A program made the position numbers and the translations under genes. Below the pieces are notes generated by a model. It saw nothing but the letters and a program-made list of their open reading frames with translations, was not told where the DNA came from and ran no database searches. This document shows, piece after piece, positions 1 through 6,986 of a DNA stretch of 31,701 bases (positions within the stretch are counted from its first letter, which is position 1; every line of letters begins with the position of its first letter). This stretch comes from Patescibacteria group bacterium (GTDB lineage Bacteria; Patescibacteriota; Microgenomatia; UBA8517), in contig JBBTZE010000087.1 in assembly GCA_038061545.1 (NCBI GenBank), positions 1 through 31,701 on the forward strand, in the 5' to 3' direction.

Positions 1-49
1 GTTTGAGGAAATTTTTCTCTGCAGCTTTTGTAATCTCAACTTTAACCAT
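1..49 (-). CDS. N-terminus of probable RelE/ParE-family toxin (runs off window edge)
   Basis: ATG at 49 on the minus strand, 6 nt after the antitoxin stop. Reads MVKVEITKAAEKNFLK, typical of the RelE beta1-alpha1 start. Confidence 0.55.
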   Translation of the reverse strand, partial: MVKVEITKAAEKNFLK

Positions 50-55
50 TTCACT

Positions 56-337
56 TTAAAGATCGTACTTTTTAATTAAGCTGTCAAGAGAAATAGCTTT
101 GCCTTCCTTAATTTCTTTTCTGGCTTGGGAGAGGTCCTTCAATATTTCTGGATTCTCAGAGATAACATCAAGTGTTTCTTGCCAGCTTTCAAGTTCGTCG
201 ATGGGCATAACAACAGCACGGGCCTTGCCACGGTGGGTGATAACGAATCTGCGTAAATTGTCGCCAACCTCATCAAGTAATTTGTAGAAGTTGGTTCTTG
301 CCTCATTTGCGGGTAATGTAGATGCTAAATTTGCCAT
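56..337 (-). CDS. Phd/YefM-family type II antitoxin
   Basis: ANEARTNFYKLLDEV...FVITHRGKARAVVMPIDELESWQETL matches the Phd/YefM pattern. ATG at 337 preferred over TTG at 343. Confidence 0.85.
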   Translation of the reverse strand: MANLASTLPANEARTNFYKLLDEVGDNLRRFVITHRGKARAVVMPIDELESWQETLDVISENPEILKDLSQARKEIKEGKAISLDSLIKKYDL

Positions 338-340
338 ACT

Positions 341-372
341 CAAATAGTACTATCAGTCGTACTATTTGTCAA
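341..372 (-). promoter_or_regulatory. Sigma70 promoter of the TA operon with overlapping palindromic operator
   Basis: Minus strand TTGACA (372-367), 17 bp, TACTAT (349-344), 6 nt, ATG. Inverted repeat CAAATAGTAC-N8-GTACTATTTG at 341-368. Confidence 0.75.
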
Positions 373-391
373 TACTCGAAACCCATGGGGG

Positions 392-602
392 TTAACTTCG
401 GAAATGTAATGCTTGGGCAAATTGTCTCAGGTCTAGCTTAGGAAGTTTATCTAATTCAACATTGTAAACATTCAAATCAATTTTTTTCTGTAAGATAATC
501 GGCCGTGAGCTCTCTCAATTTTAGTTCACCAGCTTCCAGTTCTTCTATTGTTACTTTATGTTTTAATATACCCATTCGTTCTAAAAATCTTTCCGACTTC
601 AT
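392..602 (-). pseudogene. Possible small ORF split by a frameshift in an A7 run
   Basis: MKSERFLER...LTEK (602-) stops at 477. Removing one A at 481-487 extends it with IDLNVYNVELDKLPKLDLRQFAQALHFRS to a stop at 392. No family recognised. Confidence 0.3.
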
Positions 603-644
603 AGCTGATTCTAACACAAGCTGGATTGCAGTCAAATTAGAGGA

Positions 645-650
645 TATAAT
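645..650 (+). promoter_or_regulatory. -10 box of alaS (leaderless geometry)
   Basis: TATAAT followed by 6 nt and the ATG at 657. No good -35. Confidence 0.5.
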
Positions 651-656
651 TTGAGC

Positions 657-2474
657 ATGACGACTGCAGAAATCAGGAAAAAATATATTCAGTTTTTCGT
701 AAACAAAAAACATAAGGAAATCGCCGCTTCCCCGCTCGTTTTGGAAAACGACCCGACAACCCTTTTTACTTCGGCCGGGATGCAGCCTCTGATACCTTTT
801 CTTAAAGGGGAAAAACATCCAAAAGGAAAGCGTTTGGTTGACTCGCAGCCTTCATTAAGGCTTCAGGATATTGAAGAAGTTGGGGATAATCGTCATACAA
901 CTTTTTTCGAAATGCTTGGAAATTGGTCTCTGGGAGACTATTTTAAAAAAGATCAGCTTGGCTGGTGTTTAGATTTTTTTGTTAAAGAACTTGGACTTCC
1001 AAAAGAGAAACTTTATGTAAGTGTTTTTGAGGGAACGATGGGGGTGCCTAAAGATAATGAATCTTTCGAAATATGGAAAAGCCTTGGAATTCCTGAAAGC
1101 AGAATTTTCTTTTATGGGGAAAAGAAAAACTGGTGGTCAAATTCTGGGACTCCTGATCAAATGCTGGCGGGTGATATTGGAGGGCCGGATTCAGAAGTTT
1201 TTTTTGAATTTGATGTCCCTCACGATCCTAAATTTGGAAAAGAATGTCACCCAAATTGCAACTGCGGAAAGTTTTTGGAAATCGGGAATTCGGTTTTTAT
1301 CCAATATAAAAAAGACGGCCACCGGCTTACCGAACTTTCGCAAAAAAATGTTGATTTTGGAGGGGGACTTGAGCGAATTGCGGCTGCAGTTGGGAATGAT
1401 CCGGATGTATTCAAAATCGACATGTTCGCCTCGATTATTCAGAAAATAGAAAGTGAAGTTGGTATTAATTACAATGCCGATGCCAAAAAAGACATAAGTT
1501 TCAGGATTGTTGCAGACCATTTAAGGGCCTCTTGCAATATTTTAGCAGAGGGAATTTTGCCATCAAACAAACTTCAAGGTTATGCACTAAGAAAGCTTAT
1601 TCGCCGTGCAATGTTTCATATTCATTTGTTGGGATCTGGGATTTCCGGTTCCTCCGTTTCCCATATTGCTGAGGACTTGAAAAATCACTATTCCAACATT
1701 GATAAAAACTGGGCAAATATTACCGAAAACCTAAATGCGGAAGCCACAAGATTTGAGTCGGCACTTAAACGGGGGCTTGCCAAACTAACAAAAGCAGTTT
1801 CTGATGGCATTCAAATAGATGGTAAATTTGCTTTTGATCTTTTCCAAAATGATGGATTTCCGCTTGAACTTACAATGGAAATTTTGTCGCAAAATGGAAT
1901 GGCTTTCTCGCAAGACGAAAAAGACTCATTTTCAGCCGAGTTTGAGAAACACAAAGAGCAAAGTAGAAGTATGTCAGCGGGACTTTTTAAAGGTGGACTT
2001 GAAAGTAAATCTGATGAAACTATTACAAAACTTCATACTGCAACACATCTACTCCACACCTCCTTAAGGAAAATTTTAGGTGAACACGTTTCTCAAAAAG
2101 GATCGCACATTACAAGTGAGAGGCTAAGATTTGATTTTTCTCACCCCAATAAACTAACCGAAAATGAACTTAAACAAGTTGAAGATCTTGTAAACGTTCA
2201 AATTAAAAAAGATTTAGCAGTCTCTTTTGAAACAACAACACTTGAGGACGCAATCAAAAAGGGTGCGCTTCACTTTTTTGCAGAAAAATATGGCAATGAA
2301 GTTAAAGTTTACTCAATAGGAAATCCTTCGACAAGCTCAAGACCTCCTTTCAGTCGGGAAGTTTGCGGCGGGCCCCACGTTGAGCACACTGGCGTGATCG
2401 GACATGTTAAGATTATTAAGCAAGAGAAGATTGGGGCAGGAATTATCCGAATCTATATTGCATTAACGTCATGA
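657..2474 (+). CDS. alaS: Alanine--tRNA ligase, compact form without C-Ala domain
   Basis: DPTTLFTSAGMQ, HTTFFEMLGNWS, DFGGGLER, editing motifs HTATH and EVCGGPH. ATG at 657. Confidence 0.97.
   Translation: MTTAEIRKKYIQFFVNKKHKEIAASPLVLENDPTTLFTSAGMQPLIPFLKGEKHPKGKRLVDSQPSLRLQDIEEVGDNRHTTFFEMLGNWSLGDYFKKDQLGWCLDFFVKELGLPKEKLYVSVFEGTMGVPKDNESFEIWKSLGIPESRIFFYGEKKNWWSNSGTPDQMLAGDIGGPDSEVFFEFDVPHDPKFGKECHPNCNCGKFLEIGNSVFIQYKKDGHRLTELSQKNVDFGGGLERIAAAVGNDPDVFKIDMFASIIQKIESEVGINYNADAKKDISFRIVADHLRASCNILAEGILPSNKLQGYALRKLIRRAMFHIHLLGSGISGSSVSHIAEDLKNHYSNIDKNWANITENLNAEATRFESALKRGLAKLTKAVSDGIQIDGKFAFDLFQNDGFPLELTMEILSQNGMAFSQDEKDSFSAEFEKHKEQSRSMSAGLFKGGLESKSDETITKLHTATHLLHTSLRKILGEHVSQKGSHITSERLRFDFSHPNKLTENELKQVEDLVNVQIKKDLAVSFETTTLEDAIKKGALHFFAEKYGNEVKVYSIGNPSTSSRPPFSREVCGGPHVEHTGVIGHVKIIKQEKIGAGIIRIYIALTS
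2325..2343 (+). repeat. REP-like hairpin family A unit inside alaS
   Basis: CCTTCGACAAGCTCAAGAC resembles intergenic CCTTCGACTTCGCTCAGGA at 16346-16364. Translates as the extra NPSTSSRP segment. Confidence 0.55.
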
Positions 2475-2491
2475 ATATAAGCGAAGCTTGA
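2474..2491 (+). repeat. 18-bp repeat with GCGAAGC mini-hairpin, copy 1
   Basis: AATATAAGCGAAGCTTGA, identical to 28119-28136. Confidence 0.7.
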
Positions 2492-2514
2492 GTTATGAAC
2501 ATCGAGGGCAAGTT

Positions 2515-4623
2515 ATGAACATAAAAGATTTTTTAACAAACAGAGAATCGCCTCCGGAACACTTCTGGTCGCTTGTATTGGAACCTGGTTGGGTTCAAGC
2601 GGGACTTTGGTATATAAAAGACGATATTGCGGAAGTTGTGAGCGTGGGGCCTGCCTCTCCTTGGAATAACGAAGAAGATTTAATTACAGCGTCAGATGCG
2701 GCACTTTCTTCTACTATCCAGAAACTTTCAGATGACGGAGTTGAACCCACAAAAACCGTTTTTGGCGTTTCTTCCGCTTGGGTAAAAGGTGGGGAAATAA
2801 AAGAAGAGTTTCTGGTGACAATCAAAAAAGTTTGTACAAAGCTTTCACTTAATCCCGTTGGTTTTGTTGTTCTCCCCGAGGCAATCGCCCATCTTTATAA
2901 ATCTGAAGAAGGCTCGCCCGTTAGCGCGATAATTTTGGGACTTGGAAAAGAATTTTTGGAATTATCCGTTTTTCAGCTTGGAAATTTGATAGGAACTACT
3001 CAGGTCGCAAAAAGTGTTTCACTCGTGGACGATGTTACAGAAGGTCTCTCCAGATTTGAAAATGCAGCCCCAATGCCTTCCAGGTTTATTGTTTATGACG
3101 GCCGTGAGGGAGAAGTAGAGGAGGCAAAAGATACTCTTTCGGAAGCCTCTTGGAGTGACGTAACCACTAAGAGTGTCAAATTTTTACATGCTCCAAAAGT
3201 TGAGATGTTAACGGTTGACAGGAAAGTTTTGGCGGTTTCACTGGCCGGGGCAAATGAAATCGGAAATGCATTACATGTTATAAAAAAGGAGGAAACTGTT
3301 GATACACTGCCAAAAGAAGAAGATGTAAATGTTTCTGAACCGCTTAATACAAAATTAGCCTCTGAACTTGGATTTGTTGTGGGGAAGGATGTATCAGAAA
3401 GCTTGCCAAAGGTAATGCCTTCTGTTGAGTACATTCAACCAAATTATTTGGCTAAAACCAAAAGTATGCTTCAAAATTTGTTTTTCTCCGGCGGCAGAAA
3501 TAAGCTCGCCATACTTTTGGCGTCAGTTGCAGGACTTTTAATTCTGGGATTCGCGGCTTGGTGGTTTATGCCAACCGCAACTGTTTCAATTTATGTTGCC
3601 CCAAGGCAGTTTAGCCAAGATTCAGAAATTGTTATTTCAACAGACGGCACAAATGATTTAGCAAATGGAATTATTGCAGGTAACGTACTTTCCTCGAAAG
3701 CCTCAGGTGAAAAAAATGCAAAAACAACCGGAAGTAAACAAGTTGGAGATAAATCAAAAGGATCGGTAAATATTAGAAATGGAACAGCAAATAGTATTAA
3801 TCTTTCCCAAGGTGCGCTAGTTGTATCCTCCGGGGACTTAGGTTTTACCCTGGACTCATCAGCCTCTGTTTCGGCGGCACTATCCCCCAGCTCACCAGGA
3901 ACGTCTACAGTTTCTGTCACCGCCTCCTCAATCGGAGCAGAATATAACTTGGCAAAAGATGAAACTTTTAAAGTGGGCAACTTTAGTAAGTCGGTTGTTG
4001 ATGCTGTATCAATAGCCGATTTTTCCGGAGGCTCCAGCCGTCAAATTTCTGCAGTTTCAAAAGAAGACCAGACTAATTTGGAAAAAAGCCTAATGGAAGA
4101 ATTATCTCAAAAAACGGTTAACGACATGGGAAGCCAAACTTCAGAAGATGAACTACTGGCGGGAGAGGCGGTTTCTATTACAAAGTCTTCGGATTTATTT
4201 AGCGCCAAAGTGGGAGATGAGGCTGAAAACTTAAAATTAAGCTTGGATGTAACGGCAAAAGGGGTTACGGTTGACCGCGTAAAACTTCTTGAATATGCAA
4301 AAATAATTTTGAAAGATAAAGTCCCGGGAGGGTATATACTTCGGGACGATCAAATTGGTTTTGAATTTGAATTTTTGAGTGAAGATGGCGACGAGTTTAA
4401 ATTTAAAGTTGGATTTTCTGCGAACTTTTTACCACAAATAAAGTCCGATGAGATAGTCGCAAAAATTGCCGGCAGAACGCCAGAAGTTGTAGAAAACTAC
4501 CTCATTGGTGTTGCAGGCTACTCAAGGGCCGAAATAACCATAAAGCCAAAACTTCCATCATTCCTAAAAGTATTGCCCCATGTTAAGAAAAACATCAATT
4601 TGGAAATTTCTGCAGACAGATAG
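2515..4623 (+). CDS. Large single-pass membrane protein; N-terminal FtsA/PilM-like fold and extracellular baseplate-J-like region (both tentative)
   Basis: Long ORF with a hydrophobic helix LAILLASVAGLLILGFAAWWF in the middle and a Ser/Thr-rich beta region after it. Domain calls are by pattern recognition only. Confidence 0.6.
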   Translation: MNIKDFLTNRESPPEHFWSLVLEPGWVQAGLWYIKDDIAEVVSVGPASPWNNEEDLITASDAALSSTIQKLSDDGVEPTKTVFGVSSAWVKGGEIKEEFLVTIKKVCTKLSLNPVGFVVLPEAIAHLYKSEEGSPVSAIILGLGKEFLELSVFQLGNLIGTTQVAKSVSLVDDVTEGLSRFENAAPMPSRFIVYDGREGEVEEAKDTLSEASWSDVTTKSVKFLHAPKVEMLTVDRKVLAVSLAGANEIGNALHVIKKEETVDTLPKEEDVNVSEPLNTKLASELGFVVGKDVSESLPKVMPSVEYIQPNYLAKTKSMLQNLFFSGGRNKLAILLASVAGLLILGFAAWWFMPTATVSIYVAPRQFSQDSEIVISTDGTNDLANGIIAGNVLSSKASGEKNAKTTGSKQVGDKSKGSVNIRNGTANSINLSQGALVVSSGDLGFTLDSSASVSAALSPSSPGTSTVSVTASSIGAEYNLAKDETFKVGNFSKSVVDAVSIADFSGGSSRQISAVSKEDQTNLEKSLMEELSQKTVNDMGSQTSEDELLAGEAVSITKSSDLFSAKVGDEAENLKLSLDVTAKGVTVDRVKLLEYAKIILKDKVPGGYILRDDQIGFEFEFLSEDGDEFKFKVGFSANFLPQIKSDEIVAKIAGRTPEVVENYLIGVAGYSRAEITIKPKLPSFLKVLPHVKKNINLEISADR

Positions 4624-4650
4624 TTGGGCGTGTAGTATATTATTCTCAAG

Positions 4651-5316
4651 ATGGACAGGAAAGTAATTTTACGAATTGCAGCCGCAATTTCTGGCATTTC
4701 AGGAATAATCATTTTGATTGGAGTTTTTTACCCCATTCTTTCCTATAACTCAACCTATTCCTCAAAGTATAATCAACTTCTGTCTCCTATTTCTGAAAAA
4801 AGTTTGGGCGCAGAAACTTCCCCCCTTGATTACACGCAGGCTAGTAACTGGTTTCAGGGAGGTGCAACAAAGGCTGACTTTAGTACTTCGAAGGTTGAAT
4901 ATTTCACTATCAGTATTCCAAAACTTAAAATTGACAAGGCAACGGTGGCAATAGGTGGGGAAGATTTGAGCGAGCACATTATTCAATATCCGGGAACTGC
5001 CCTTCCGGGGAAGCGCGGCAACTCTGTTTTATTTGGCCATTCAATATTGCCGATTTTTTATAACCCAAAAAACTACCTTTCAATTTTTTCCCTTCTCCCA
5101 ACACTTAACATTGGAGACGAGATCGATGTTGATTATGACGGCGTGTCTTATAAATTTAAAGTTGAAACAATGTTTGAGGTTAGGCCCACAGATTTGCAGG
5201 TTCTTGACCAAGACTCCTCCGATTCATTTTTGACGCTTGTTACTTGCACGCCTCCGGGCGACCCCGGAAAACCAAAAAGATTGATTGTAAGAGCTAGAAT
5301 AGTGATACCACAATGA
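4651..5316 (+). CDS. Sortase
   Basis: N-terminal TM helix and catalytic His (FGHS), Cys (TLVTC) and Arg (RLIVRA). Confidence 0.9.
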   Translation: MDRKVILRIAAAISGISGIIILIGVFYPILSYNSTYSSKYNQLLSPISEKSLGAETSPLDYTQASNWFQGGATKADFSTSKVEYFTISIPKLKIDKATVAIGGEDLSEHIIQYPGTALPGKRGNSVLFGHSILPIFYNPKNYLSIFSLLPTLNIGDEIDVDYDGVSYKFKVETMFEVRPTDLQVLDQDSSDSFLTLVTCTPPGDPGKPKRLIVRARIVIPQ

Positions 5317-5681
5317 AAACATTAGGAATTGATTACGGCAGAAGTAAGATCGGGTTGGCTATTAGTGAAGGTACTTTAGCTGAACCTTGGAAGGTGATTC
5401 GTGTTGATTCGTTTGAAGATGCTGTCGGAAAAGTAATGCAAGTAATAAAAGTAGAACAAGTAGAAAAGGTTGTAGTCGGAATTTCGGAAGGAAAAATGGG
5501 AGAAGAGTCCAAAAAGTTTGCAGAAAAAATCGGCGCAGAAACCTTTGACGAAACTTTAACCTCCCTTGATGCCCAAACTCTTTCGAGAGAAGCCGGAATC
5601 GGGCAAAAGAAAAGGCGAGAAATGGAAGACGCCTACGCCGCTTCAATTATGCTCCAGAATTATTTGGATCAAAATAGCTAA
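5313..5681 (+). CDS. yqgF: RuvX/YqgF-family RNase H-fold nuclease
   Basis: LGIDYGRSKIGLA, VVVG, FDETLTS, DAYAASIMLQNYLD. Confidence 0.88.
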   Translation: MKTLGIDYGRSKIGLAISEGTLAEPWKVIRVDSFEDAVGKVMQVIKVEQVEKVVVGISEGKMGEESKKFAEKIGAETFDETLTSLDAQTLSREAGIGQKKRREMEDAYAASIMLQNYLDQNS

Positions 5682-5682
5682 C

Positions 5683-5709
5683 TTGACCTCAAGCCTTTCA
5701 TGGTATAAT
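5683..5709 (+). promoter_or_regulatory. Sigma70 promoter with extended -10
   Basis: TTGACC, 15 bp, TATAAT preceded by TG-N. ATG 8 nt downstream. Confidence 0.65.
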
Positions 5710-5717
5710 TTGACTAC

Positions 5718-5909
5718 ATGTTCAAGAATGCAATTGCTCCCATCCAGGCTTGGCTTCTTTCTCAAGGTCGCTGTGTTGGTTGCGGAACGCCCCTTTCCCA
5801 AGGGAAAAGTAAAAAGACTAAGTTTGGAGAACAAGTAATCTGCAAGTGCGGACGCATTTACGTTAAAAAAGACGGAAAATTCCGTCGCGCTCTTTTGGAA
5901 GAAGTCTAG
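5718..5909 (+). CDS. Small zinc-ribbon-like hypothetical protein
   Basis: 63 aa with CVGC and CKC motifs, own promoter, fills the gap before mltG. Confidence 0.6.
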   Translation: MFKNAIAPIQAWLLSQGRCVGCGTPLSQGKSKKTKFGEQVICKCGRIYVKKDGKFRRALLEEV

Positions 5910-5914
5910 ACTTC

Positions 5915-6871
5915 ATGCTCAAAAAACTAATATTACTACCACTTCTTGCAACGTTAATCGTCGCCCTTGGAATTTTTTGGTTTTACAGTAACACAAAAGC
6001 TCCATCAAATGACTCAAAATTCAGTGATTTTTTGATTACCAAAGGAACCTCCGCCATGCAGGTTGGGAATAATCTTTATAAAGCGGGTCTTATTAAAAGC
6101 CCGCTTGCATATAAAATTTACATTCAATTTACAGGTAAATCAGGCAAAATCCCTGCAGGAGAATTCAGAATTGCATCAAATATGAACCTTTTCCAGGTGG
6201 TTGAATCGCTTCTAAAGGGACCCATTGAGCTTTGGGTTACGGTTCCGGAGGGGCTAAGACGCGAGGAAATCGCCGCAAAATTTACAGCCGGACTTGACCG
6301 CGATCAAACATTTACCGATGAATTTTTGGTAGCTTCAAAAGGCAAAGAAGGAACACTTTTCCCTGATACTTATCTTTTTCCCAAAGATGCATCAGCATCC
6401 GCAATAGTCGCCAAAATGACTTCAACTTTCAAATCCAAAACCGCGTCCTTGGATAGTAGCGGTAGCCCACTTTCTTTTCAGGAAAAGTTAATTTTAGCTT
6501 CCATTATCGAAAGAGAAACAAAAAAAGATGAAGAACGTCCCATTGTCGCGGGGGTGTTGATGAACAGACTTAACATTGGCATGGCTCTGCAAGTTGATGC
6601 CGCGGTCCAATATGCGGTAGGTACTCCAAAGAATTGGTGGCCGATTCTAACCAGAGATGATTTGACATCTGTCTCAAAATTTAATACTTACAAATATGCC
6701 GGGCTTCCTCCTTCTCCAATTGCAAATCCGGGAATTTCATCAATAAAAGCGGCCTATGCGCCAAAAGATAGTGACTATTGGTATTACATTCATGATCCGA
6801 AAGGGTTAATCCATTATGCCAAGACTTTGTCCGAACATAACGCAAATGTATCCAAATACCTGGAAAAATAG
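5915..6871 (+). CDS. mltG: Endolytic transglycosylase MltG (YceG)
   Basis: N-terminal TM, EGTLFPDTY, ILASIIERE, LQVDAAVQY, FNTYKYAGLPPSPIANPG. Confidence 0.93.
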   Translation: MLKKLILLPLLATLIVALGIFWFYSNTKAPSNDSKFSDFLITKGTSAMQVGNNLYKAGLIKSPLAYKIYIQFTGKSGKIPAGEFRIASNMNLFQVVESLLKGPIELWVTVPEGLRREEIAAKFTAGLDRDQTFTDEFLVASKGKEGTLFPDTYLFPKDASASAIVAKMTSTFKSKTASLDSSGSPLSFQEKLILASIIERETKKDEERPIVAGVLMNRLNIGMALQVDAAVQYAVGTPKNWWPILTRDDLTSVSKFNTYKYAGLPPSPIANPGISSIKAAYAPKDSDYWYYIHDPKGLIHYAKTLSEHNANVSKYLEK

Positions 6872-6882
6872 CAATTTAATCC

Positions 6883-6910
6883 TTGACATTAACAAATATC
6901 CTCATATAAT
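6883..6910 (+). promoter_or_regulatory. Consensus sigma70 promoter of rpoBC
   Basis: TTGACA, 16 bp, TATAAT. Confidence 0.85.
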
Positions 6911-6920
6911 CCGATCTTAG

Positions 6921-6966
6921 GCGTACATCGATGGTACGCACGTCCCGCATCTACTGTGCGGGTTTT
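6921..6966 (+). promoter_or_regulatory. Structured rpoB 5' leader: two hairpins, the second terminator-like
   Basis: GCGTAC-N7-GTACGC, then CCCGCA-N7-TGCGGG followed by TTTT. Confidence 0.55.
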
Positions 6967-6986
6967 GGTGTTTTCAAATAATAATA

